The notes below the pieces were generated by a model. It worked only from the letters and a program-made list of their open reading frames with translations. It did not search any database and had not been told where the DNA came from. From Candidatus Methanomethylophilaceae archaeon (GTDB taxonomy: Archaea > Thermoplasmatota > Thermoplasmata > Methanomassiliicoccales > Methanomethylophilaceae): 64,000 nucleotides of DNA. How positions within the stretch are numbered: position 1 is the first letter of the stretch; the number at the start of each line of letters is the position of its first letter. Both the position numbers and the translations under genes were made by a program. Below are positions 50,022 to 60,716 of the stretch, one piece after another. Where the stretch lies: positions 1,056,001 through 1,120,000 of the forward strand of contig JBMNHS010000001.1 of NCBI GenBank assembly GCA_050950505.1. The letters are read 5' to 3'.

Positions 50022-52146
50022 TTATCCTTTGCCGAAAAAGCGTTCGGCTTCGGCAATGGGGTCGGAAGTGACTCTTGCTTCAAGGTCATTGGCATACCTG
50101 GAAGTTCTTTTGTCGAGTATGACGCACATCCCCCGGTCGGTTTCGGTTCTTATCAGACGTCCGATTGCCTGCTTTATTTTTCTCGTCGCAGGAGCCTCGC
50201 TTACGAACTTCCATCCCGAACCTTTGCCGAATCTGGTATCGTACAGTTCGGAAAGGGCGTTGGCTTCCAGTGAAGGCGGCGGATAAGGTATTCCGATTAT
50301 TATTGCCAAAGAAAGCTCGTCACCCGGGAAATCCATTCCTTCCGCAACGGAACCTCCCATTACGCTGAAGAAAACCCCGCCTCTCCCGCTCTTGAATTTT
50401 TCCAGTTCTTCCATGGTTCTTCGGGGATTGCCGGAATGTTCCCAGTACATGGGAAGTTCCACGTCCCTTTCCAGGAAAGGACGCATTTTGTCCATGATTC
50501 TGTAAGAGGTGAAAAACACAAGAGTGTTCTTTCCCACCGCGTTGCAGAGTTTGGCGGTTCTCCGTTCTATTCTGGAGAATATGCTCGGGTCGTCCTTCAT
50601 GTCGTTGTATCTGGTGGTCACGTCGTTCATGTAGAGAACGAGGCGGTTCTCCTTCGGGAAGGGCGAGGGATAAATTTTGCTTATGGTGCCCCGGGGCAAT
50701 CCCATGGTTTTGACATATTGTTCCAACGGCCTCAGAGTGCCGGACATGTGAACCGCTCCGTCCAATCCCCTCATGAAATCCGAAACGTCCACCGGGTCTA
50801 TGCAGGCGGCATAAAGATATTCCCCGGTTTCCGAGGCCTTGATGGTTTTGATGTAATTGTCTCCGGTGGCTCCCTAGCCAACTTTGCAGGGATGCCGCGA
50901 TTGTGTCGATGTCGGACGCTTTCTGCGCGTTGTTTTCCGTCAGCAGTCTGGATCTTTCGGAACCTATGTCCACCAGATTCGCGATTGCGACATCGAGGTC
51001 TCTGTCGGTGATGTTGAATTTTTTCATCAGACCGTGTTTCAGAACGTCGATTTCAATGATGGCCTCACGGTTCATTATGTCCAGCTTTGAATTGGCCGTG
51101 TTTTTGATGATGGTCTTTATTTCTTTCAGAAATTCGTCTATTTTTATTCCCTGGCCGATGGAAGTGGATCTGAACGTGGAACATTCGTCTATCGCCGCAT
51201 CGGCCATCCTCAATGAAATGCGGAAGCTTTCCTGATCCTTCGCCGCGTCGATGATGTTGTGGGCTTCGTCCACGATGACGGTTATGTTCTTCCTGTCCGC
51301 ATCCATGTTTCCCAGGAAAGTTTCCCTGATGTCCTCGGAAAGAATGTGGATGTACGGAGCCACGATGACGTCGGCGGATTTCATAAGGACTTTCTTCGCT
51401 TCGTAAGGACAGACGCCCTTGTCTTCGCAGAAGTTGTCCAATCTCTCGGATGTGGGGAATTCGTTTCTGCAGAAATCCCATATCACGTCTATCATGTCAT
51501 TGACTCTGAAGAAATATTTGCATTGTCCGCCTTTGCCTCTTTTTCGGTTTTCGCACAGAGACGACAAAACGTTTGCGGACAGGGGTTCCTGGCCGGGACC
51601 GGGTCTGAACAGCAGACAGGAACGTCCTCTTCCGGTTATCGGCAGGCCGGAAACGGGTTTGAACCTGGATATCGCTTTAAGTTCCCTCATTACCTGATTG
51701 CTTTGGGAAATGGTGCGGGTAAGGTACACAACTTTTTTCTTCAGAGGAACGGCGTGTTCAAGGGCACCGGACAGGGATACTATGGTTTTTCCCGTACCCG
51801 TTCCGGATTCCATCACTATGTGTCTGGACGAGTCAAGACATCCTTTGATGTCTTTTATGATTTCAAGCTGTCCCGGACGGGGGACATAAGGAAGGTAAGG
51901 CGCATCGCTGTTTTCCGAATCCGCAAAAACGTAATCCGTGACCTCCGGTTCCTCATGGAATTCAAATTCTTCCGAATCGTATCCCGGATCATGTCCCGCG
52001 TCTTCCTGAACCCCGGATATTTCCGACAGTGAACGCTGAGGGCTCACGGAATCATCGTCCAGTTTGGCGCGGCAGATTCTGCATCGCTTCGAACCGGGGA
52101 GATTGAGACTCTCACAGCGTTTGCAAAACAGACTTTGCATATTCAT
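50022..52146 (-). pseudogene. xpd: XPD/Rad3 Fe-S DNA helicase with one +1 frameshift near 50872-50877 (or read error)
   Basis: ESGTGTGKT, Fe-S Cys, DEAHN in first frame; SGTL, FFTSY, EGMDF, QAIGRLIR in second frame. Confidence 0.8.
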
Positions 52147-52206
52147 TGAATCGGTACCTCTGTTATAACCGTTCCCCGGAGCTGACCGAAACCTCCGAAA
52201 GTGGAT

Positions 52207-53106
52207 TTACACGGATTTGGAATCATCGAGGTCATCGCAGAGATTCAACTGCAGGATTTTCATAAGGTGCTTTTCCGCTTCTTTGACTTCTCCCGTCTGG
52301 GCGTAAAGCCCGGAAACGTCCCTGTGGGTTTCAATCAGCAGCTCCCTGATTTCCGGCCGGTGGTATTCAAGCATGATTTCCAACACGGAAATGACGGCTT
52401 CGTAATCCTCGAGGGCGGCTTCGATATCATCCTTTGCCAATCTTACGTCGCCTCTTAGAATCAGGGCGGTGACAAGGACCATCTCGTCCTCGAGAACGTT
52501 TTCTTCCATAAGCCGCCGGCAAAGGTTGACGGACCTGCCCAGATAATCCAATGAAGCGGAAAGTCTGTCCGATTCCTGTTCGGTTTTGGCCATAATGTTC
52601 AACGCGTCGACGCTCCGGTTAAGAGACCAGGGGTCGGTTCGGTCCACGAGCATCCTTTCCGCCGTTCCGTAAAAGGGAGCGACGCCTTCCGGGAATCCTC
52701 CGTAAAGAAGATCGTCGCCGCAGTTAATGCACATCACCACAATCTCTTTCCAATCAAAATATCTCGAGTTTTCATCAAGTTCTTTCAAACGCGATGCGGC
52801 GATTCCGTAATCTTCGGCCATGCCCCCCGCGTCTTCGGAATACTGCAGTTCGCCTCTTGACACGTACGCTTTCACAAAGGTGCCCGGATCCACGGATATG
52901 CCTTTTCTTTTCAAACTGTTGATTATATCGATGGCTTCGTCAAAATCGGTGAAGGCGGAAACGTAAGATTCCAGCATCGAAAGCACGGTGCCCCTCATTA
53001 TGTACGCGTCCAACAACTGCTCTTCGGTGCCGTTTTCTTCGCATTCCTGAACTTTGGCGTTATATTCTTTCAACGCCTCGGCAAGGTGTTTGTCGGATCT
53101 GCTCAT
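52207..53106 (-). CDS. TPR-like helical repeat protein
   Basis: AYIMRG..AFTDFDEAI, ALILRG..ALEDYEAVI repeats. Confidence 0.7.
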   Translation of the reverse strand: MSRSDKHLAEALKEYNAKVQECEENGTEEQLLDAYIMRGTVLSMLESYVSAFTDFDEAIDIINSLKRKGISVDPGTFVKAYVSRGELQYSEDAGGMAEDYGIAASRLKELDENSRYFDWKEIVVMCINCGDDLLYGGFPEGVAPFYGTAERMLVDRTDPWSLNRSVDALNIMAKTEQESDRLSASLDYLGRSVNLCRRLMEENVLEDEMVLVTALILRGDVRLAKDDIEAALEDYEAVISVLEIMLEYHRPEIRELLIETHRDVSGLYAQTGEVKEAEKHLMKILQLNLCDDLDDSKSV

Positions 53107-53195
53107 GTCGGTTTGTATGACGCATTGTCAGATAAAAGGATTACAGTCTTTTTCGCATCGGAAGTTTTTATTAAAAGCGCCGTTATTGAGAAGTT

Positions 53196-54542
53196 ATGGT
53201 CCAAAAGAAAGTAGTGGCGATTCACGATATATCCTGTTACGGAAAGTGCTCGCTCACGGTCGCTTTGCCGGTGCTGTCCGCCGCGGGCATAAACACCCCA
53301 ATCATACCCACCGCGGTGTTGTCCACCTTCGTAGGGCCTTTTCCCGGTTTCACTTACCGGGACATGACCGAGGACATAATTCCCGTCGTCGAACACTGGA
53401 ACGACATGGGATTCGAATTTGACGCCGTATACACCGGATTTCTGGGATCCAAAGAACAGGTGGAAGTCGTCAGAAAAGCGATAGGGATGATTCGGAACCC
53501 CGATACCAAAGTTTACGTGGACCCGGTGATGGGGGACCACGGAGAACTTTACTCCACTTTTAATGAGGATTTCCCGTCGGAGATGAAAAAACTCTGCGGG
53601 GACGCGGATATCATCATACCCAACTTTACCGAAGCCACAAAAATGCTGGATGAACCCTTCGCCACAGGTCCGTACACCGAAGAATACGTTGAAGGACTGG
53701 TCAGAAGAACCGGAAAACTGAGTGCCGGAAAGGTTGTCCTCACCGGTGTTTATTTTGATGAGAAAAAACTGGGCGCCGCCGCTTACGACAAAGAAACCGA
53801 TGAAATCATGTACATAATGAAAGAACGGGTAAAGGGATTCTATCACGGCTCCGGAGACATCTTCGGATCGGGATTGGTGTCTTCCCTGGTTCACGGATGG
53901 GATCTTGCCGAAGCCGTCGACATAGCCGAAGACCTGACGATTGCCAGCATCAGAAACTCTCTGGAAGGGGGTTACGATACGGATCACGGCCTTTGTTTCG
54001 AAGAAGGATTGACGGATTTCGGACTCAGAGTCAAATCAATAAGGGGCCACAGAAAAATAATCTCCCGTGCCGATATGGATAAACTTTCAAACCTCGTGGA
54101 AGAAATATGGAAAGAGGCCTTTGCAGAAATGATTTCCGGGGAACAGATCGAATACATGCTGGAGAAATTCCATTCTCCCGTCGCGATTGAGAAGGCGATT
54201 TCCGAAGGGATGGTTTACGAATTCATCACGTTCAAAGGCGAAGACATCGGATTCCTGGCTTACAGAAAGGATGAGAACAGACTGTTTCTGAGCAAATTAT
54301 ACGTTCATGGAAAGTACAGAGGACACGGTTTTGCGTCTGATTCCATTAATCATATTCTCAGGATCGCCTGCAGAATGAACGTCGATTCGATCTATCTCAC
54401 GGTGAACAAAGGAAACAAAAAAGCAATTTCCACATACGAACACTGGGGTTTCAAAACCACCAAAGACGTCTGTGAAGACATCGGGAACGGATTCTTCATG
54501 GACGATCACATAATGGAACTTGACGTCAGGCGCGTCTTCTGA
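53196..54542 (+). CDS. pdxK: Pyridoxal kinase fused to GNAT acetyltransferase
   Basis: HDISCYGKCS, TGFLGS, VDPVMGD, PNFTEA, GSGD; then LSKLYV..YRGHG, LTVNK.N. Confidence 0.88.
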   Translation: MVQKKVVAIHDISCYGKCSLTVALPVLSAAGINTPIIPTAVLSTFVGPFPGFTYRDMTEDIIPVVEHWNDMGFEFDAVYTGFLGSKEQVEVVRKAIGMIRNPDTKVYVDPVMGDHGELYSTFNEDFPSEMKKLCGDADIIIPNFTEATKMLDEPFATGPYTEEYVEGLVRRTGKLSAGKVVLTGVYFDEKKLGAAAYDKETDEIMYIMKERVKGFYHGSGDIFGSGLVSSLVHGWDLAEAVDIAEDLTIASIRNSLEGGYDTDHGLCFEEGLTDFGLRVKSIRGHRKIISRADMDKLSNLVEEIWKEAFAEMISGEQIEYMLEKFHSPVAIEKAISEGMVYEFITFKGEDIGFLAYRKDENRLFLSKLYVHGKYRGHGFASDSINHILRIACRMNVDSIYLTVNKGNKKAISTYEHWGFKTTKDVCEDIGNGFFMDDHIMELDVRRVF

Positions 54543-54547
54543 ATGCC

Positions 54548-56299
54548 ATGTCCGCCGCCTCAGACAAAGACGATGTGAAATATTCCTCCGGACCGGAGAA
54601 TCCCTTCAAAGGATTCATTCCGGCTTCGAAAAAAGAGATGAAAGAACGGGGATGGGATTCCCTGGACATCATTCTTGTTTCCGGCGATACGTATTATGAT
54701 ACGCCGTACAGCGGCAGCGCGATGATCGGGAGATGGCTGATTCATAACGGATACAGGGTTGGCATAATTCCCCAACCGTCGGAGGAAGACATCGGAAAAC
54801 TGGGCATTCCCGAACTTTTCTGGTCGGTTTCCGCCGGATGCGTCGATTCCATGGTTGCGAACCGTACCGCCAACAACAAAAAGCGGAGACATGACGACTT
54901 CACCCCCGGAGGGGTAAACGACAGACGTCCCGATCGGGCGACGATTGTGTATACAAACATGATCAAACGGTTCTGCAGGGACAAACCCATCGTGTTGGGG
55001 GGAATCGAAGCGTCGTTGAGACGCGTCGCCCATTACGACGGCTGGACGGACACGGTGAGACGGAGCGTGCTTTTCGACGCCAAAGCAGATTACATCACAT
55101 ACGGCATGGCCGAATTTTCAAATCTTGAACTGGCCGATGCGCTGAAAGCTTCAAAAAACACAGAGAACATCAGAGGAATCTGTTACATTTCCAAGGAATG
55201 TCCGGAAAATCATATCCTGATTCCTTCTTACGAAGACTGTTCGGAGGACGATGGGAAGTTTGCCGAAGCTTATCGCGCGTTCGGTGAAAACTGCGACCCG
55301 GTCACGGCGAAGGGTTTGTGCCAGAGGCACGGCGACCGTTATCTGATACAAAATCCCCCTCAGAGAGATCCCACAACGGAAGAGCTGGATTTGTTTCACT
55401 CGTTGGGGTATATGAACGAAGTTCACCCGTCCTGCATCAAGGACGGGTACGTGAAAGCCGCGGACACCATCAAGAACTCCGTAACCACCCACCGGGGATG
55501 TTACGGAGGCTGCAGTTTCTGCGCCATAGCCGTCCATCAGGGGCGCAGAGTCGTTTCCCGCTCCGAAGATTCCATAATCGAAGAAATAAAAGGGTTCGCG
55601 AAGAATCCCGATTTCAACGGTATCATTTACGATCTGGGAGGACCCACCGCAAACATGTACGGCATTGAATGCGAAAAGAAAATCACAGGGGGTGCGTGTG
55701 AAGACCGGGGGTGTCTGTTCCCTCATGTGTGCAAGTCTCTGAAAGTGAACCATGACCGTCAGCTGAAACTTCTAGAACGTGTTTTGGACGTCGAAGGCGT
55801 CAGAAAAGTTTTCGTCACTTCGGGAATACGTTACGATATGATATTGGCCGATGAAGAACACGGAAAGGAATATGTCGATGCGGTTGTGAAGAACCACGTA
55901 TCCGGCCAATTGAAGATAGCGCCGGAACATGTTTCCGATGAGATTCTGGAACTTATGGGTAAGCCCGGCAGGAAAGAACTTCTGGAATTCAAAAAGATGT
56001 TCGATTCCTCCAACAGGGAGCACGGCAAAAAACAGTTCCTTACGTACTATACGATGGCGGCGCATCCGGGATGCACGCAGAAACACATGGAAGATCTGGG
56101 AAAATTCTGCCGCAACGTGCTGAAAACCAATCCGGAACAGGTTCAGATATTCACCCCCACCCCGTCCACGGTTTCCACGCTGATGTATCACACCGGCAAA
56201 ACCCCCGACGGAAGGGAACTTTTCGTGGAACGTCATCCCCAAGGAAAACAGAGGCAGAAAAACGCGGTGTTAGGAAGGCGGAGATATGCCAGAGAATGA
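54548..56299 (+). CDS. YgiQ-family radical SAM protein
   Basis: SAGCVDSMV, GGIEASLRR, RGCYGGCSFC, DLGGPTANMY, AAHPG, QIFTPTP. Confidence 0.93.
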   Translation: MSAASDKDDVKYSSGPENPFKGFIPASKKEMKERGWDSLDIILVSGDTYYDTPYSGSAMIGRWLIHNGYRVGIIPQPSEEDIGKLGIPELFWSVSAGCVDSMVANRTANNKKRRHDDFTPGGVNDRRPDRATIVYTNMIKRFCRDKPIVLGGIEASLRRVAHYDGWTDTVRRSVLFDAKADYITYGMAEFSNLELADALKASKNTENIRGICYISKECPENHILIPSYEDCSEDDGKFAEAYRAFGENCDPVTAKGLCQRHGDRYLIQNPPQRDPTTEELDLFHSLGYMNEVHPSCIKDGYVKAADTIKNSVTTHRGCYGGCSFCAIAVHQGRRVVSRSEDSIIEEIKGFAKNPDFNGIIYDLGGPTANMYGIECEKKITGGACEDRGCLFPHVCKSLKVNHDRQLKLLERVLDVEGVRKVFVTSGIRYDMILADEEHGKEYVDAVVKNHVSGQLKIAPEHVSDEILELMGKPGRKELLEFKKMFDSSNREHGKKQFLTYYTMAAHPGCTQKHMEDLGKFCRNVLKTNPEQVQIFTPTPSTVSTLMYHTGKTPDGRELFVERHPQGKQRQKNAVLGRRRYARE

Positions 56300-56969
56300 A
56301 CGCCTCAACGGATTTGTGAATGAAATCGCCGCCGAGAAAGGAATCAAGACAGTCGGGGCGGAGTATTGCAAATTTGCAAAAATAACCTATCATGCCTATT
56401 CCGTCAGAAACGTTTACAGATTCAGAATCTCGGACTATCTTTCCACGGCTCCGGACGATGTTCTGAAAGATTATCTTGACACGATGATGTCCAACCTGAA
56501 GAAAAAGCAAAGAAAACCTTCCGGAAAATTCATGGATTGGATGCTCTCCGACGAGTTTGTCTCGCAGTGGCGGCCGGTCCGCATCCAAAGAAGCAAAAAC
56601 ATTTCCCGGGGCACCGTTGGCAAAGCAAGAGATTTGGGGGCTTCTTTGGACCGATTGATGGACATGGGTTTGGTGTACGATTCGGATATCAAAAATTCAT
56701 ATTATACCTGGACTTCCCGTCCGAATCACAGAAAGGTGGGGGAATGCGACCTGGTATTCCGCATCGTCACCATATCCAGCGTGCTGGATTCCGAAAACGT
56801 TCCTGAAAAGGTTTTGGATTATGTGGTGTATCATGAAACCGTTCATCTGAGAATCGGACACCGTCAGGGTGAATCGGCTCACGGAAAGAAATTCAAAGAA
56901 TTGGAAAATCTGTATCCCGATATCGAATGGTGTGAAAGATACCTGTCTGAAAACCTGAAGAAAAAATAA
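56286..56969 (+). CDS. YgjP/SprT-like zinc metallopeptidase domain protein
   Basis: DYVVYHETVH..H motif. Confidence 0.8.
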   Translation: MPENERLNGFVNEIAAEKGIKTVGAEYCKFAKITYHAYSVRNVYRFRISDYLSTAPDDVLKDYLDTMMSNLKKKQRKPSGKFMDWMLSDEFVSQWRPVRIQRSKNISRGTVGKARDLGASLDRLMDMGLVYDSDIKNSYYTWTSRPNHRKVGECDLVFRIVTISSVLDSENVPEKVLDYVVYHETVHLRIGHRQGESAHGKKFKELENLYPDIEWCERYLSENLKKK

Positions 56970-57143
56970 AGACCTCTGGCTCATGACATCCGTAAACATG
57001 ATATTTTGTTTATTGCGGAGGCCCGCCTGCGCCAACTTTCTGATATGAGAGGTTGTTTTCTTCAATAAATTATACAAAATCCAACTATTTTTATAGAACA
57101 AGTCATATGTCGGTTTGCTGGATGGGGCTTTTTAGCACGTAAT

Positions 57144-59102
57144 ATGGAACAGGTCACTATAGTCACGGTTTATTTCGCAGCGGTATTTTTACCTGCCTTA
57201 TTCGGTACTTTATTGGGCGTGTTCCCCCGTTCTTCGAAAGTTTCCAAATTTGTCTCTGTTCTGTGCATTGTTTCCTGCGTCGCAGGGGCATCAACGTATC
57301 CCCTCTGGCATTTCGGTTATGAATTGTCCCAGATCATACCGGTACATTCCGCGCTGGGAAAATATGTCCTAAGCATAGACCAACTGACCGCCGCCGTGAT
57401 TTCCATGTCTTCGGTAATCTATATTCTGGTGGTGGTCCATGAAATGAGATCCACCACGGGTTCCGATTCCAGATACGGAGGATTCCTGAACGTTCTGTTC
57501 CTGGCATGTTTTTCATGCATGGCCGCAGACAGCGTCATCACCCTGCTGCTTTCCTGGGAAACGGTCACCCTTGCGACATTCATGATGGCCAAAAGAGGCA
57601 ACAACGAAAAAGCCAGATGGCTGTTTTTCGTCATCGCCCACATCGGCGGAATATTGCTGATTTCCGCATTCGTATACATGTCATTGGTTGCGGAGACTCA
57701 GATTCTTTCCGAATGGGGCAATCTCAGTGCCGTCATGGGTTCGGGCATTTCAATGGCGCTGATAATGATGCTCGTTCTCGGCTTCGGAGCCAAGCTGGGT
57801 CTGATTCCGTTCCACGCCTGGATGCCGGGGATGTACGCATCCGCGCCGATACACACCACCGCTTTGCTTTCCACCGTCTGTTCGAACGTTGCCGTGCTGG
57901 TGTTGCTCAAGAGCATTTTCTCTTATATCGGAATCCTGCCTTCGATGTCCTGGATAGCTTTCGTCATAATGGCGATAGCCGCGATCACCGCCCTCTGGGG
58001 CGCCATGGAATCCTTGATTCAGGACGAACCGAAGAAGATTCTGGCTTATTCAAGCATGGAAAACATGGCCCTTGTGGTTCTGTGCCTGGCATTGGGGATG
58101 ATTTACGTAAACGAATCCCCGGCCTTCGCGAAACTGGTTCTGATTGCCGCCATGCTGCACACTTTGAACCATTCCGTATTCAAATCGCTTATGTTGATGA
58201 CCATCGACACTGTTGAAGACTGTACAAAGGAAAAGAAAATCTGGAGAATGGGCGGACTGTCCAAGGCTCTTCCCGCATTGTCCGTCGTGGCAATCATAGG
58301 CGTGCTTTCGATGGCCGCAATTCCTCCGACGAACGGCTTTGTCAGCGAATGGCTTATGATTCAGTCTCTTATGGGCGGTGACATCGAATCCAAGGGAATG
58401 AGTCTGTTGATCCCTTTGGCTTTGGCCGCCGTGGGAATCTGCGGCATGATGATGGCCGCATCCTACGCAAGACTGTACGCTTTCGTGTTCCTCGGAAGAC
58501 CCCGTTCCGAAAAAATGGTGGATCCGACGCCGATGAAAGGAGGAACCATCGTTCCTCTGGTGGTATTGGCCGTTTTGTGTCTTGTGATGGGGTTCCTCGC
58601 CACGCTGATAATGGACGTTCTGGGCTCCGGTATAGTGTCCCTGACCGGAATGCCCTCGGATCCGAATCACAGAGACGTCATGACCGTCGAACTTCTCCCG
58701 CTGATATTGGGCACTTCGATAGTGGCGGTGTTGGGAACCGTATTTTGGCTTACATACCGTAAAAAACGCAACGTCAGGGAAACCCGCACCTGGGGGTGCG
58801 GCGGCGAATTGGATGAAACCATGCAATATTCGTCCATAGGATTTTCACAGCCCTTGGTCAAGGTTTTCCATCCTCTTTACGGGGATGCGGTAATGACCGT
58901 GGAATCCGACGAAAAAGGTGACAGGTCGGTGTTCGCCGAAATGAAAGAACCATTCGTCAAATATCTGTACAAACCTCTCGCGGACGCCGTGACGGCGTTT
59001 TCGGAGAGAGTGGGAAAAATGCAAAACGGCAGCATACAATCATATTTCGCATACATACTCGTGACACTGGTCGCGGTGTTGTTGGCGACGAGGTTCCTAT
59101 GA
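57144..59102 (+). CDS. hyfB: Hyf/Ehr antiporter-like subunit (HyfB-like)
   Basis: KLGLIPFHAW, LAYSSMEN, PPTNGFVSEW, WGCG. Confidence 0.85.
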   Translation: MEQVTIVTVYFAAVFLPALFGTLLGVFPRSSKVSKFVSVLCIVSCVAGASTYPLWHFGYELSQIIPVHSALGKYVLSIDQLTAAVISMSSVIYILVVVHEMRSTTGSDSRYGGFLNVLFLACFSCMAADSVITLLLSWETVTLATFMMAKRGNNEKARWLFFVIAHIGGILLISAFVYMSLVAETQILSEWGNLSAVMGSGISMALIMMLVLGFGAKLGLIPFHAWMPGMYASAPIHTTALLSTVCSNVAVLVLLKSIFSYIGILPSMSWIAFVIMAIAAITALWGAMESLIQDEPKKILAYSSMENMALVVLCLALGMIYVNESPAFAKLVLIAAMLHTLNHSVFKSLMLMTIDTVEDCTKEKKIWRMGGLSKALPALSVVAIIGVLSMAAIPPTNGFVSEWLMIQSLMGGDIESKGMSLLIPLALAAVGICGMMMAASYARLYAFVFLGRPRSEKMVDPTPMKGGTIVPLVVLAVLCLVMGFLATLIMDVLGSGIVSLTGMPSDPNHRDVMTVELLPLILGTSIVAVLGTVFWLTYRKKRNVRETRTWGCGGELDETMQYSSIGFSQPLVKVFHPLYGDAVMTVESDEKGDRSVFAEMKEPFVKYLYKPLADAVTAFSERVGKMQNGSIQSYFAYILVTLVAVLLATRFL

Positions 59103-60043
59103 ACATCCCTGAGATGGCCGTGATGGTCGCCCAGGTTGCGATCCTGATTGCAATATCCCCGCTGATAACGGGAATCATCAGAAAGATGAAGGCGTTCATG
59201 CGTCACAAAAAAGGTGCCAGCGTGTTCCAGCCTTACAGAGATCTGAAAAAACTATTCAAAAAAGAATCCGTGGTATCCGAAGATTCGTCCTTCCTGTTCA
59301 GACTGATACCTTTGGTCTGTTTGACTTCGATGTTGTTGCTTGCGGCGATGACTCCGTTCATCTATACCGGAGTCATTGCGCCGTATTCCGATGTAATCGC
59401 CATGGTTTACATATTCACCATGTTCAGATTCGCCATGGTCTTGGGGGGACTTGAGGGAGGTTCCGTGTTCGGAGGCATGGGAAGCAGCAGGGAAGTCATG
59501 ATGTCGGTTCTGATAGAACCGGCTCTGCTTATCGCAATCATGTCCCTTTCCGCGATGACCGGGGCGGGGTTCGACATCACCGCCATATCCGAATCGATGA
59601 TAGCCGCGGGAGCTGTGGCGATTTCCCCCGCTTTGCTGCTGGCCGGCACATCTTTCGTCATAACCATGGTGGCAGAGAACACCAGAGTTCCCTTCGACAA
59701 CCCCGATACCCATCTGGAACTCACCATGGTTCATGAAGGAATGGTCATAGAGTATTCCGGAAAGGACTTGGGAATGATGGAACTGTCATCCATGCTCAGA
59801 CTCACAATATTCATGACATTGTTGGGAACTCTGTTTTTCCCCTGGGGAACCGCGGTGACTTTGTCCGCGGTCAGTCTGATCGCCGCCTTTGCCGTAATAA
59901 TAGTGAAATTGCTTGTGATTGCCTTCGGAATAGCCTTGCTTGAGAGCACGGTTGCGAAAATGAGACTGTTCAGCGTACCGAACATGCTCACCGCGTCCTT
60001 TGCCCTGTCCCTCATGGCAATGATTTCCCTGTACATACTGTGA
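59099..60043 (+). CDS. hyfC: Hyf/Ehr NuoH-like subunit (HyfC-like)
   Basis: QPYRDL, GSSRE, RVPFDNPDTHLELTMVHE. Confidence 0.87.
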   Translation: MNIPEMAVMVAQVAILIAISPLITGIIRKMKAFMRHKKGASVFQPYRDLKKLFKKESVVSEDSSFLFRLIPLVCLTSMLLLAAMTPFIYTGVIAPYSDVIAMVYIFTMFRFAMVLGGLEGGSVFGGMGSSREVMMSVLIEPALLIAIMSLSAMTGAGFDITAISESMIAAGAVAISPALLLAGTSFVITMVAENTRVPFDNPDTHLELTMVHEGMVIEYSGKDLGMMELSSMLRLTIFMTLLGTLFFPWGTAVTLSAVSLIAAFAVIIVKLLVIAFGIALLESTVAKMRLFSVPNMLTASFALSLMAMISLYIL

Positions 60044-60053
60044 GGAACCGAAA

Positions 60054-60716
60054 ATGTACAACGTACTTACCGGAAATCTCATAGACATCTTTGCTGTCGC
60101 GATGTTGCTGTCTTCGGTGATGGCAATGGCCAGCGTGAGGATGCGCCCTCTGATCCGTCTGTTCCTTGTGCAGTCGGTGTTTCTTGCCGCCTACGAATTT
60201 ACCGTTGCATACACTCACAACGAACCGAAAATTTACGTGATGGCAGTTCTGACTTTTGTGATCAAAGTCCTGATCGTGCCTAAATTGCTGAATTACATCA
60301 TGGACCGCATCAAAGTCGGTGACGAAATGTCGTTGAGCATCGGGATTCCCGGTTCGATGCTGCTGTCCGCATCGATGATTTTCCTGTCCTATTTCATTTC
60401 GGAACCTTTGATATCCATTCTGGACACCGCCGAAAGGAACTCCCTGGTGCTGTCGTTCTCCATGATTCTCATAGGGATGCTGATGATGGCCACCCGTCAC
60501 AAAGCCATCAGCGAAGTAGTCGGTCTGCTTATGGCGGAGAACGGTCTGTTCATGGGCGCCATCGCCCTGTCCAACGGAATGCCCTTCATTGTCGAACTCG
60601 GGGCGTTCATAGATGTGCTGATGGCAGTGATAATCATCGGTATATTCGCACTCAGGATCAACAAATCCTTTGACTCGTTGGATACGACACTGATGCGGAG
60701 GCTGAAAGAAGAATGA
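60054..60716 (+). CDS. hyfE: Hyf/Ehr subunit (HyfE-like)
   Basis: K..IVP, ENG, MPFIVELG, 7 TM. Confidence 0.85.
   Translation: MYNVLTGNLIDIFAVAMLLSSVMAMASVRMRPLIRLFLVQSVFLAAYEFTVAYTHNEPKIYVMAVLTFVIKVLIVPKLLNYIMDRIKVGDEMSLSIGIPGSMLLSASMIFLSYFISEPLISILDTAERNSLVLSFSMILIGMLMMATRHKAISEVVGLLMAENGLFMGAIALSNGMPFIVELGAFIDVLMAVIIIGIFALRINKSFDSLDTTLMRRLKEE

Noticed and set aside
50320-50870. Novel C-terminal domain of the 608-aa ORF
   Set aside because: Out-of-frame tail after the XPD frameshift
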